Source: Piromyces finnis finn (Eukaryota > Fungi > Neocallimastigomycota). From it: DNA of 64,000 nt. Below, piece by piece: positions 14,239 through 35,338 of this stretch. Position 1 is the first letter of the stretch. Each line of letters starts with the position of its first letter. The stretch lies in contig MCFH01000050.1 of the NCBI GenBank assembly GCA_002104945.1, forward strand, positions 62,001 to 126,000, read 5' to 3'. The notes beneath the pieces are model-generated. The model was not told the origin of the DNA. It was given only the letters and a program-made list of their open reading frames with translations, and did not search any database. A program made the translations under genes and the position numbers.

Positions 14239-15432
14239 TTATGAAAATAAATCTGCAAAATATTCATCATATTCTTCTTCTTTTGTCTTTTCTTCATCAT
14301 CTTCTTTTGGTAAGGATTTACTCCAGATTTCAGATGCTATAGTTCTATAATCATCTAAAAAACGAAAGGATAAAAATATTATTAAAAAAATATCAATTAT
14401 AAGGATAAAAGATTTTTTTAAAAAAAAAATTACAACATTTATTATACCTTCACTCTTATTTATATTTTCTATTTCAGTTTTTTCTGAACAATTATTTGAA
14501 GATTCATTATTAAACTTTACTTTTTTCTTTTCTTTTCCTTGTTCATCTATTAATTGTTTAACATAATCAATATTTTCATATTTATATTCTGTTTCGGTGG
14601 AATGATGTTTTCTTTTTCTACTATGTCTATCAGAATCACTTCCTCTATTATCTGAAATATGCTTATGTTTTCTTCTTTTTTTTTCTTCTCTTTTTAATTG
14701 CTTAATTTTTTTATAATTTAATTTATATGAGCATTTAGGACATAATCTTAATTTAACTAATGCATTTTTTTTTTCATTATCCTCTTTATACGCAAAATTT
14801 ACTTCCCATGAATGTAAGTTTTCTGTTTCTGTACAATCAACATTTCCACATATAAATTGGCCTTTTAATAATATAATATTGAGTATATAACATTTTAATA
14901 TATTATGTAATTAAATTGGTATTTAAATATTATTAGTATTTTAAAAGACTTTAACCTTTTCCCGAAATTAATTCCCTTTCAATTCTCCACCTTAAAGCAA
15001 TTTTATCTTCTTTATAATATTTTAAATTTGCTAAACAATATTCTTTATATAATTTATCATAATACTTTTTTGCAATTCTTTTCTCCCAAGTTGAATCATC
15101 GTTATCTTTCTCAGTTCGAATAAATCTATATCATATATATTAGTGTTATTAATATACTTGGTGTTTAAATTTAAAAATAATGAAATCAATACTAAATTAA
15201 TTTAAATATTAGAGAAATTTTACTTGAATTCTTTTTTCAATATGTCATATTCTGTTTGTACATTTTCTTCTTTTTTAAATTTATTATTTGTTTGATTATA
15301 ATATAGAAAATAATCATTTATTAACTTTTTATGTCTTGAATAAGCATCTAAACCTTTTAAATTATTATGAAAGGAATTTTGAATTCCTACTCTAATTGGA
15401 ATTCTAAAATGTCCTGGTAAAGAATCATTCAT
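14239..15432 (-). CDS. FRA10AC1: FRA10AC1 homolog (folate-sensitive fragile site protein, spliceosome-associated), multi-exon
   Basis: LDAYSRHKKLINDYFLYY...FIR...TWEKRIAKKYYDKLYKEYCLANLKYYKEDKIALRWR...GQFICGN...LHSWEVNFAYKEDNEKKNALVKLRLCPKCSYKLNY. Confidence 0.93.
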
Positions 15433-15723
15433 TTTCTATATTTTATATACTATTGATAAAATTTAAATACAATCTAATGATATTTCAGATTTCAAATTTT
15501 GAATTTTTGATTTAAATTAGTAAAATTTTTACAATAATGAAATGGTTCTTAATATTAAATAAACACATAAATTTTTTACATTTTTTAATTTTATAATATT
15601 TATTTATAATTTATTATACATATTTAATTTAAAAAATAATAGAATAGTATAGAATAGTAATGTCTTATTTTTAATATAATATATTATATGTAATTCCACA
15701 TATTGAAACACATAAAATTTTTT

Positions 15724-24066
<8,343 letters not shown>

Positions 24067-25268
24067 AATATCTATAATTTAAAAATTATTTTTTATTACT
24101 ATTAAAATTTAATATACATCAATAAATGTTATAACAATCACTCTATAATCAATGAAACTATTATTATTAATTTAAATAAAGTGCATAATAGATAATTAAA
24201 TATAATTAAATAAAAAAAAAACTATATTCTATAATATTTAAATAAAAAATTTGTTTATATTTTATATTAAAATAAAAGTTTAATATTTAACATTTATTAT
24301 CTTTCAAACTTTTTTATAAATTATAGTATATATTAATAATAAATATAATTGATTTTTTGTTTTAGTTTCAAAAATACAGTTTTATTATTTTTTATTCCAA
24401 TGTAACATATAATATCCATACTTTTTTATTAAAGGACATAATATTAATTAATTAATGAATTATAATATTATTTATATCATCAATTAATATATAAAGCAGT
24501 TAAAATTTAAATATTTTTTTAATCGCAATAAAAAGTTTTTTTTTTTTATTTTTTTAATCAAGATTTTAGTTTAAATATTTATATTTATTAAATTAATATA
24601 TAAATTTTTATTAAAAATTCATTTTTTTTAAAATAAAAAAAAACTATATAAAGAAAATATTATTTCATATTTCATATAAAAAAACTACAAATAAATTAGA
24701 ATAAAACTATAAAAAAAATAAGATAAAATTATTAATATTAAAAAATAAATGAAGAAATTATTTTACAAAATATTATATTTATAATAATTAATTGAATTAT
24801 TAAAATAAGTTAAAAATGGTAATATTTTAAAATATAAAGATTAATTCAATAAATATACATTAGTAAATTACTAAAAAATAAAAAACAAAATTTAATAGTA
24901 TTCAATTATCCTTTAGAATATATTATAAAAACTATAAAATAATTAAAATCTATTATAAAAATGGTTCATTCGATTGGTATTAATATTTAGATCATGATAT
25001 ATGATCCATTTTTTGTATATTTTGATTACCCTGAATATAAATATTTGAATATTCTTTTCCTTTTCTTGTATAAATATTTTCCATTTTAAAGATATATAAT
25101 ATAAATAATTACGTTTTTTTATAATGTAATAATTTTAAGAATGCATATGAAATTTTATGTAATTAATTTAATTAAAAGCATTCATTTAATAAAAAATGGA
25201 TATATGATTATATGCACGAGAGAAAACAAAGAATTCCAAAGATATTTTTTGTAAACCAAATTAACATA

Positions 25269-25607
25269 TTACAATATTATCGTTGAGTTTTCTTCGGCTT
25301 TATTTATAGCATAACAATAACCATAAGAACCAGTATTTGGGAAAAAAGAAGGACCTTGTTCACTTTTTTTCATTAATTTAGTTTTAATTGGTTTTATATA
25401 TCTTCTTTTGATCATATATTCCTTTTTATTAAAAATAATAAGTTAGTATTAATTAAATTATAAAAATAAATTAATGAATATATATTATTATATTAGACAT
25501 ACTTGTTTAATAATTTCTTCTTCACTACAAAACTTTCTTTTTATATTTTGTTGAGCAAGTGAATGTTGAGTTTGGAAATCCTTAGTAAAATCTAATGAAT
25601 GAAGCAT
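25269..25607 (-). CDS. Small two-exon ORF, 85 aa, unknown function (not in the ORF track)
   Basis: Exon 1 25607-25503 (MLHSLDFTKDFQTQHSLAQQNIKRKFCSEEEIIKQ), GTATGT donor, 81-nt intron ending AAAAAG, exon 2 25421-25269 (EYMIKRRYIKPIKTKLMKKSEQGPSFFPNTGSYGYCYAINKAEENSTIIL*). Local GC is raised relative to the flanks. Confidence 0.6.
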
Positions 25608-28600
25608 TTTTTTTTCTTTCTAGCAAATATATTATAAGTAGATAGGTAGGTATATTTAAAATTGCAATAATTCTTTGAAATTTAGAAAATGATAATAAAT
25701 TTTTGGTTTTCGGTTCAAAAAATAGTTTTTTAAATTTTTGTGTAATATTAATATTTCATTACTATAATAAAAAAAAAAAGTGCTGTCGTTATTGTTATTG
25801 TCGTTGACCTTAACTAATAAAACAATAGAATTATTTGAAGTTGGTAGAGTAAGTCTATAATAATTGATATTTTAACTTGTAAGATATTTTTGAATATATA
25901 AAGCTGTTATTTAAATTTTCCAGAATATTAATATTAAATTTGTATAGATTTATGTAATAAAATGTATCAAAAAATTAATTTGTATTTTTATTTCAATTTC
26001 AATAAAATTATAAGTTTTATCTTAAAAAAAAATAATAATAATTTTACTTTTTTTAAAACAACTTTTTTTTCTTTTTAGAAATTAAGAAATTAAAATTCTA
26101 TAATAATAAAAGATTTATTATTAATTATTGATATATATAATAAGAAAGAAAGACTAAAAAAATAAAGTAAAAAAGTTCAGAAAAAGTTGAAGAATTTTAA
26201 TCATTTTTATACTTTTTTTTTCTGATATTTTATAATATTTTATTCTTTTTTTTTTTTTTTTTTTTGAAAATAATTTTTTTTAAAAATAAATAAAAATTTT
26301 AATTATAATATATTAAGATTATAATTGAATCAATATATAAACAGTAATAATTTTTAATTTATTACATTTTTTTAAAATTTTAATTTATTTTAAAAAGATG
26401 TAATAATAAATTATTAATAATAATAATAATAAAAAAAACTAATAAAATTTAATTATTAATAAATTTTAAAATGAAAAAAAAAATACAATATGTAATAATA
26501 ATAAAAATGTAGTTATACGTAATAAAACAACGTATTAAATTGTTTATTTTGAATAAAAAAAAACATTTATTTAATAATATATTAATACACATGATAAATA
26601 GTTTAAAAATGACTAATTAATATGAATTGAAACTTTATTGGCATTATGATAATAAAAAAACTTTTAAAATATTATCTTACTATACATTTATAGTAATTAA
26701 GTATATAATACTTTTTTTTAGTTGTTATGAAACTTCCTTTTCACAAATATTTAAAATATATATAATATATAATCAATTAATCAAAATAAAACTTAATAAT
26801 GGAATGGGAAATGATTGTAAACCATTACAATAGCAATTTAACAATGAATATTGAAATAAAATAATAATTATTTGGTTTATTAAATGAAAATTTAACCAAT
26901 CATTAACTAAAATATATAATATATCATTTGAAATATGTGAAAAACCTTCAATTATTATGAGAGGTATAATGAATACAGAAACAATTATGAAAATTGAAAT
27001 TTAAATAATATATGTAAATAGTTCAATTGTTTAATATAATATGGGAAATATCAAAAAGTAGTTAAAAAAGAGGAAAAAAGAAGGTATTTATTATAATAGT
27101 AAAATATAAATGATTAATATATTTTTAAAAAAGCATTAAAGTTTAATTTTTTAATATTTATTTTAAAATGTATACAAATGTATTTCATACTATACAAATA
27201 TTTTCATTTAATTCTATTAAATGTATTGTACAACATTTATCATACATTATTATATTAATAAATTAATAATATAAAATAAAAGTTTCTTATTAATAAATGA
27301 AAAAACTATGTATATAAATTATCTTTATTTCCAGATGAAAAGATTATATGTAAATATAAATATTATTTATTATTAAACTTTTATTGAATATCACATTATT
27401 TAATTTTGTTTGTTATTAAACTACTTTTTTAAAATCAACAACAAATTTTTTAATTTTATTTGAAAAAAAAAATAAGATTAAAATTAATATAATTTTTATT
27501 GAATAGTTTTATTAAATCAGTGCATAAATTTAAACTTATAAAATTACATTACATTACATTTATTGAAGTAAAGAATACATTATTAATAATGTAATAAATA
27601 AAGTTTATAATTAAATTTTATATTAAATTTGACCTAATAAACCTTTAAGATGTTATCTATTATTTTAGAAATAAAATGAAAAACCTTGTATATAGTATCA
27701 TTAAATATAATATAATATAATATGTGAATTATGTGCTAATAATCAAGTAAACTTAAAAAGTATATTTCATTTAATATATAAACATACAATCTATAAAATA
27801 AGTATTTAGCAAGATAAAATTATAGTTATTTTCATAACAATATAAAATATGTAATTTAGTTTTCACATAAAATATATAATATATTTATATTATAAATAGA
27901 TTAGTTACATAATATTATAGGTTGTCACTTATATAAAATTTTCATTTTTATAATTATAAATTCATAAATTGATTTATTGTATTAAATATTTTAACAGTAT
28001 TATAAATATAAAGAAAGGTTACAATTAAACATTTCAAATAAGAAAGAAATTATTATTATGGCTTTAAATAAATTTATACTTTTGTTTTTTATATTTTATT
28101 TTTGTCTTACTCAAAAAGTTTATAGAAAATGTAGATTATAGATTGATTTAAAGTTTAATAGTTAGATATTTTATTCGTTAAAAAATTAAAAATTTTTACT
28201 ATTAGTGTGATTTTTTTATAATAAAAATTATAAAATTATGATTATTATGAGAAGCTTAATAATATTGAGATAAAGTAAGCATGTACAATTATGAAGTTCT
28301 TTAATTTAGCTACCTTATTTTTTCTGAATGTATTAATATATTATTACATTATAACCACATTAAAATAAATATAATATGGTTATATGATAATATTTAAATA
28401 TTATTGATAGTTTAAAAAATATAATATTAAACTATGTAATTTTTTTCCCTTTTTTTTTAAAAAAATAAAAAATAGTTATTAATAATAGTTAGAAATTAGA
28501 AGATGCTGCTAATTTATAATTAATAGTATAAATTAGTATATATTATGACATTAAGACATATACATATATAAAAAATATATTAATAAAATTCATTATTGAA

Positions 28601-29013
28601 AGTTTAATAATTCTAGGACTAATACTAGAAGATTTTAAGTTTTATAAATCAAGTACTATACTTTTTTTGTAATATGTAATAAATATAAAATACTAAATAC
28701 TATTTGAAAAAATTTTAACAATGACCTATATTTTAGTTTTTCATGGAAAATTCTATCTTAAAATTATCTATAAAGTTTGATATTCTCTCAACAATAATTT
28801 TAAAGTCAATTCATTCTTTATAAAAAAAATTGATAAATTCTCCGATAATTAATAATTAAAATTTCATAATAACCTTTTTTATTACTAAACTTTATTTAAT
28901 ATTCAAATTATAATAACTAATAATAATTTAATTTTAAATATTAATATTAATATAAATTTAAATTTTTAATAAAAATCATTTTTATTATTTAGTTGTAGAA
29001 AAAAAACTTTGAG

Positions 29014-29052
<39 letters not shown>

Positions 29053-31154
29053 CTTATATATTTTTGTTTAGACAAATGTTTGATTTTACTTCATATGATA
29101 AATAAAATATAGATTATAAAATTTTTCAATAATACTAAAATTTGATAATACTAAAACTTGTATATGTATTATTCAATTTTTATATTCTTATTCTTTTCTA
29201 ATTTCTCACATTGAATAATTTGTTATAAAATTAAATTATAGAGAATAATAATATTAATTAAATAATTATATTTTAGTGCTTTAAACTATATATTTTTATA
29301 AATAATTCTTCTGCGAATTAAGCTGATTTACTATCATTGTATTTATTATATGCTTTTGTTTATACTTTTATATATTTATCTTAAGAAATTAAAAATTGTT
29401 TTCAGTATAACCTGTAATCAAAAGTCTACAAAAGATATATGATAAATGGATTTAATAAATATTTTTAATAAATTATTTGAGTTTTATGTTATCACGATAA
29501 AAATTTATAAACTTGATTTGAAAGTAAAAAGATAAATTTTCATTCAAGTATATATAATTCTAATAAATGTAATATAAATAATGTTGATATTATATATATA
29601 TATATATATATTACTTTATTAATTATGCTATTAAAGCAAGTTGCAAAATTTATAAATGATTGTGATGAGTTAAATAAAAAAGTTGAGACACAAGTTTTTA
29701 AATAAATGATATATAATAATGGAAAGATTAGAATTATTTTATATTAACAGATTTCAACAAAAACAAAATAGTGACTAATTCTGTATTATCTATATTATCT
29801 ATTAATAAAAGCATTTATATAAAAATAAAAATGAAGATTATTTAATCTATCATTAAAAGTTCAAAAATAATAAAATATTATCTATTTTGACAAAAAAAAA
29901 AATAATAGGAAATATTGTTAATAATTATATATATAATAGAATAATATCTAAGAAAGAAGAAAATATTAAATAATAATATAGATATCAGAAATAAAATATT
30001 TTTTTATATATAATCTTTTAAAAATATTTTTTTTATACTAAATAAACTAAATTATTAATATTATTAATATTTATTCTATATTTTTTGCGAGGATAAAAAG
30101 ACTTTTTAGCTAGATGAAATCCGATCATAGCCATATTTTATATCAGGGAATTTCCAAAAAAAAAAAAAAAATATATATATATAGATACTTAAAATTTATA
30201 GGGTATCTTTTAAATTTAAAAAAGTAATCTAGTTATGTTTATAATATAATACTTTTAAATGATATTTTGAATTTAGAGATATCCTAAAAAAATTGAAGTA
30301 ATATAATTATGTTTACTACATTATACTTCATTTCTTTTTGCAAAATATTTAATCTTTATTGTTTTTATTTTTTTTACATTGTATAATTTGTCTTATTACA
30401 AATACTTTCCATGTTATGTTATTTATTCTATTTATTAAGAAATTCCTTTTTTTTTATATTTCATTATAAATTAAATATTGTTGGTAAAATTATTGTTTTT
30501 AGTTTTTTGTTTATCATAAAAATAATTAATATATTTATTAATGATTGGTAAATCTATAGATATTCAATATATATTAAATATATTATAAATATATTAAAAT
30601 ATATATTAAATTTAATTAATAATATAATTCTATACGTTGTACACTTTTATATAATATTTTAATTTTTGTTATATTAAGAATATTTATTAAAAAAGATATA
30701 TTTTAATTATCTCATTTTTATTTAATGATATTTTTAAAAAAGCGCAGAAAAATATTTATTTTTTATATTAATAAAATTTTGATATTTAATAAAAATTTAT
30801 TTTTATAAAATTAATATACTAAAGAAATGTTTATAATCAAGTAATCATTAATGGAATATTAATAATATATACTCACTTTTTATTAAATAAACAGTAACAA
30901 TATTCATACTATTATTGTATTTTCAAAAGCATAATATATTGTTCTTTTAATATGCTAATATTCTGTATAATATTATAGATCGAATAAAAACATCACATTT
31001 TAATTTTGTTAAAGGCAAAAATCAGTAATATTTTCAAAATTCATGAATTTCCAATTAAAAAAAAAGAAGCATATATATTAATTTTTTTTTTAAAAAAAAT
31101 AAAGGATATAATTTAATTGTTTTTTAAATTTAATAAACAATTAAAGAGGAATAT

Positions 31155-31187
31155 ATTTAGTATCAAAAGCATTTAGTATCAAAAGCA
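31155..31187. repeat. Perfect 16-bp tandem duplication ATTTAGTATCAAAAGC x2, about 120 bp upstream of the 31307 ATG
   Basis: Read directly at 31155-31170 and 31171-31186. Confidence 0.9.
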
Positions 31188-31306
31188 ATTCAAAATTTTT
31201 ATTTTTAATCTATTTAACCTTTTTTTTTTATTATTTTCAAAATTAATTCTAATACAAAATAAGGATATAATAAAAGTAGGGAAGATATTTGTTATATTTT
31301 AACAAG

Positions 31307-34300
31307 ATGGAAAACAAGAGAGATAATTTAAATCATCATAAACATGTAAATGAAAGAAAGTTGGAATCAGATTTTTCAGATAATTATTCAGAAGATAATT
31401 TCTCAAATTCATCAGAAAATTTTATTTATTCCCCTTTAAAATGTCATTATCCTTCTTCATATATTCCAAGCGATGGATATAAAATATCAAAATGCATACG
31501 GATTAAAAAGCATTCTAGTAAGGATGAAAAAAGGCATAAAAAAAATAAAAATAATGAAGATAGCAGTAGGGAATTAAGCATTAAAAAACATATGGAATAT
31601 TTACAAAATGATAGAAATATTAAAATGGAAAAGCTTTTAAAAAAATCTGATAAAAATTCACGGAACGATGAGAGTAATATTGAAAGTACAAACGTTAAAA
31701 ATGATGATTCTTTTTTTTCTATTTATTCAATACCATCAATATCATCTTTTTCTTTTGGTTCTTCAGACCAAACTAAATCAACAATAAAACGAATATATAA
31801 AAATTATATGAATAGTATTAGCATTGATTCACCTTCAAAATTAAGTAATGAAACATTTTTAAAGTATATTGAAACACCGATATTTGAAAAAACTAAAGTA
31901 ATGTTTAGTAAGGAAGAAAAAAAAGCTAAACCCCAGTCAGAGAATATTTTTGATATTTCTTTATTATCTAATAAAAACAATAATGATGATGAAAATTGCA
32001 ATAAGAGTAATATATATGAATTATATTATAGTTCAGCAGATGATGATAATAAATCAATAAATTCGTATTTATCTAAATCACCAATAATTCAATATCAAAA
32101 AAATATTTTATCGAATGAATATTATGAAAATGATGATAATGCTATTTTAACACCAAAAAGCAATAATTCATCATCGCCAATAAATAATCCAAAGCAATTA
32201 TTAAATCTATCAATTGATGATATAAAAGAAAAAAATAATAAATCTTCAAAAAGCATTACATCTATAAGTAAAACCAAAGAAAATAACAAAAAAAGTTTAT
32301 TGGAATTATATTCATCTCCAAAATATGATACCATTCCTTCGTTTATTAATAATGTTACATCTAAGTTTGACTCTGAAATAAATTATATTAAAGAAAATCC
32401 ATTACTTGTCTCCAGCTTGTCATACTCTTCAAAAAACCCACTAAAATATACCTCAAATAAAAATTCAGAAACTTCAGTTATGAATGATACCCTTGATGAC
32501 ATTAGTATAACTAATGAAGACATAGAATTGGAGTCCCTTATAAACCCAAATTTCCCAGTTATTGACAAAGATAATTTAAGTAATAATAAAAATGCTTTTA
32601 ATCCTTCTGTGAAATCACAAAGAAGCAGCAAAAAGGATAAAGAAAATATAGAAAATACTATTAAAGCTAATCTTTCATTTGAATCCAATGATGCTTTTAC
32701 AGAAAGTGTTTGTAATTCAGTCATCAATGATTCAAATATATATACTCCAAAATATATTAAAAAGACATCAATAAAAGATGAAAAAACTTCAATAGATATT
32801 GGAAAAAAGTCAAAAAAAGAAGAGGAAGAAATTGGAAGTTATGAGATTATTAGTCCAACAGAAAGTTTTGAAAGAATTTTAATTAATAGTAATAAATCGG
32901 TAAAACATCATGATATTGATATAGGTAGAAAAAAATATAATGATAAAAATAATAGATATAATACTTCTAAATTAAATAAAAATTTCAATGATATATTATT
33001 TAATATTGATAATAAATCAGATGATCAATCAGACGAAGAAAAACATTCCAAAAAAGAATATAAAGATATTATAAATAAAAAAGTGCCGCAGAAAGAATCA
33101 CTCAAAGAGAATATTATGTTAAGTGATCATTTCTTATTAAAGAGTGATGCTTCATTTCTTTCTTTAAATTCAAACCAAGAAGAAAATGATGATATTTTTA
33201 TTCTTGGTAGAAAAAATAAAAGTTATGATAGCAATAAATATAGAACCAATACAAATAATTCTGATTATAATGTTAATGATATATATACAAGTAAAAACAT
33301 AAATCCTGACAAGATTAAAAGAGATAATGTAAATACGAATTATAAAATTAATATCAATCAATTTGATCAAAGCAATTATAATGATAACAAAGACGATAAT
33401 TTAAATAATATATTAAGTAAATATGAAAAGGAAAATATTTCATCGGAAATTAAAAATGAATCAAAGTTAAAATCATCTAATGATTTTAATAAAATTCAAA
33501 TTAATGAGAATAAGAGTGTAAATAATTTTAGTACCTTAATTAATGATAATGAAGAAGAGGATATTCTAAGTGATGTAAATCAAAAAGAATTTAAAAAGTT
33601 TAATGAAATAATCAATGATCTTTCTAATGTTCAGAACACTAATTTATATCATGTCCAAACGTACACTACATCAACACAGTATGAGAAAATACCTATATCG
33701 TCAGCAAATAAAAGTAACGATTATACTAATTTTTCATTTTTACCACCATTAATCGATGAAAAAAAAAATAAAATGATAAATTCCTTTTCAGAAATAGATT
33801 ATCATTTGAATTCAAACAAAAAAGGAAGTCACAATTCACATCATACATATCAAAATAGTTCTGATACTAGTATTTATAATGGAAAAACGATGATTATTGA
33901 TGAAAAAGAGGTTCACCATCAAATAAGTTTTGATTCTTCGGATATGATTATTGAAAACGATGATAATGATGAATTAGAATTACCAATTGATAAATTAAAT
34001 TTAAGTCAAAATGAAGACAAAACTTATAAAGATAAGGTGAAGAAAGAATATTTTATGAATGATAGCTATTCAAGTATTCTATATAATTTAAAAGAGAATA
34101 AAATATTAAATGATGCATCCTTTGATAATAATTATACTACGAATTCATACAAGCCTTCATCATCAAATAGAAAACAGTCTATTCCAACTTCTAAATCTAG
34201 CTTATTATCACCAATAAGTCCAAACATTAATTTTTCACTAAATAGCGATGACAATGATTCTTTTTTTAATTATTCCATTATAGAACCATCTATTTTAAAA

Positions 34301-35014
34301 AATAAAAGTAATGATTATAAAGACGACCAAAGTGAATTAAGTATTAATCATATCAACATTAATGAAAATCATTTTTCAAGTTCTAAGAAAATTCCAGCTT
34401 CATCATCAAGATCACCAAAAATACATGAAACAGATAAGCATTATGGAAAAGAAATAACAAAATCATCATCTTTATTATCATCACCAACATTATTAAATTA
34501 TTATCATCAGGAATTAGAAAAAGAAAGTGAAGGAAAGTCTGGAAAGAAATTTGGAAAATATGATGATTTTGATTTATATGAAAAGTTAATGAATGAAAGT
34601 GATAAAAACAATATGAAATTAGTTTGTGATATTATTACTCGAATGAATACTATTCAAACTGATCTTAATCGTAAATTTGAAATGCAATCAAAACTTTTAG
34701 AAGATTTAATGACGGTAAAAGAAGACGATAATCATGATGCCCATTCGGATTATAATATACCACCATTATATGATAATGATAATAGTTCTAGTTTTCATTT
34801 TTATAATTCTAATCATCGTCATGGATCTATCTGTTCTTCTAATAACTCATCTTCTGTATTAACGGATGATATAAATAAGTTATCCTCATCCTATTATCTT
34901 AAAAAATTTAGAACTTTGAAATCATATCAAAAAGATATTGAAAAATTAAACAAATATCAAAGTTCAAATATGGAGTATTTATTAGAAATTATTAGGGATA
35001 TAAAAGATAATTAA
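31307..35014 (+). CDS. Intronless Ser/Asn/Lys-rich low-complexity protein (1,235 aa from the first ATG) with predicted C-terminal helical segments; orphan
   Basis: Uninterrupted 3.7-kb ORF in DNA where chance ORFs are short. I recognise no domain. Confidence 0.8.
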   Translation: MENKRDNLNHHKHVNERKLESDFSDNYSEDNFSNSSENFIYSPLKCHYPSSYIPSDGYKISKCIRIKKHSSKDEKRHKKNKNNEDSSRELSIKKHMEYLQNDRNIKMEKLLKKSDKNSRNDESNIESTNVKNDDSFFSIYSIPSISSFSFGSSDQTKSTIKRIYKNYMNSISIDSPSKLSNETFLKYIETPIFEKTKVMFSKEEKKAKPQSENIFDISLLSNKNNNDDENCNKSNIYELYYSSADDDNKSINSYLSKSPIIQYQKNILSNEYYENDDNAILTPKSNNSSSPINNPKQLLNLSIDDIKEKNNKSSKSITSISKTKENNKKSLLELYSSPKYDTIPSFINNVTSKFDSEINYIKENPLLVSSLSYSSKNPLKYTSNKNSETSVMNDTLDDISITNEDIELESLINPNFPVIDKDNLSNNKNAFNPSVKSQRSSKKDKENIENTIKANLSFESNDAFTESVCNSVINDSNIYTPKYIKKTSIKDEKTSIDIGKKSKKEEEEIGSYEIISPTESFERILINSNKSVKHHDIDIGRKKYNDKNNRYNTSKLNKNFNDILFNIDNKSDDQSDEEKHSKKEYKDIINKKVPQKESLKENIMLSDHFLLKSDASFLSLNSNQEENDDIFILGRKNKSYDSNKYRTNTNNSDYNVNDIYTSKNINPDKIKRDNVNTNYKININQFDQSNYNDNKDDNLNNILSKYEKENISSEIKNESKLKSSNDFNKIQINENKSVNNFSTLINDNEEEDILSDVNQKEFKKFNEIINDLSNVQNTNLYHVQTYTTSTQYEKIPISSANKSNDYTNFSFLPPLIDEKKNKMINSFSEIDYHLNSNKKGSHNSHHTYQNSSDTSIYNGKTMIIDEKEVHHQISFDSSDMIIENDDNDELELPIDKLNLSQNEDKTYKDKVKKEYFMNDSYSSILYNLKENKILNDASFDNNYTTNSYKPSSSNRKQSIPTSKSSLLSPISPNINFSLNSDDNDSFFNYSIIEPSILKNKSNDYKDDQSELSINHININENHFSSSKKIPASSSRSPKIHETDKHYGKEITKSSSLLSSPTLLNYYHQELEKESEGKSGKKFGKYDDFDLYEKLMNESDKNNMKLVCDIITRMNTIQTDLNRKFEMQSKLLEDLMTVKEDDNHDAHSDYNIPPLYDNDNSSSFHFYNSNHRHGSICSSNNSSSVLTDDINKLSSSYYLKKFRTLKSYQKDIEKLNKYQSSNMEYLLEIIRDIKDN

Positions 35015-35338
35015 ATTTTGGAAGTTAAAAAAGAAGACATTATTTTTAATTTTTTTTTTCTTTATTTTTTAATTTTATAAACTTTTACAAAATTAAAAAT
35101 AATACATAAATAAACTAATTTAATTATAAATATATAAGTATAATAATAATAAAAAGATTTTTTTTTTTTTTTTTTTTTTTAATAATTTTATATATGCAGA
35201 TTGTTTATATATATTATTTGTTTGTTAAATTAATTTATGATTATAAAAATCTATTATGTAAAATCATTATATAATTATAAAAAAGTTAAGGCTTCTTTTC
35301 AAACAATTTACTTTTTTTTTTTAGATCCTTTTAACTAT

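Noticed and set aside
26627-27000. ORF 26627..26833 and nearby NGMGN / IMRGIMN fragments as a Tc1/mariner transposase relic
   Set aside because: The words are short, the spacing is wrong for the DDE domain, and I found no terminal inverted repeats.
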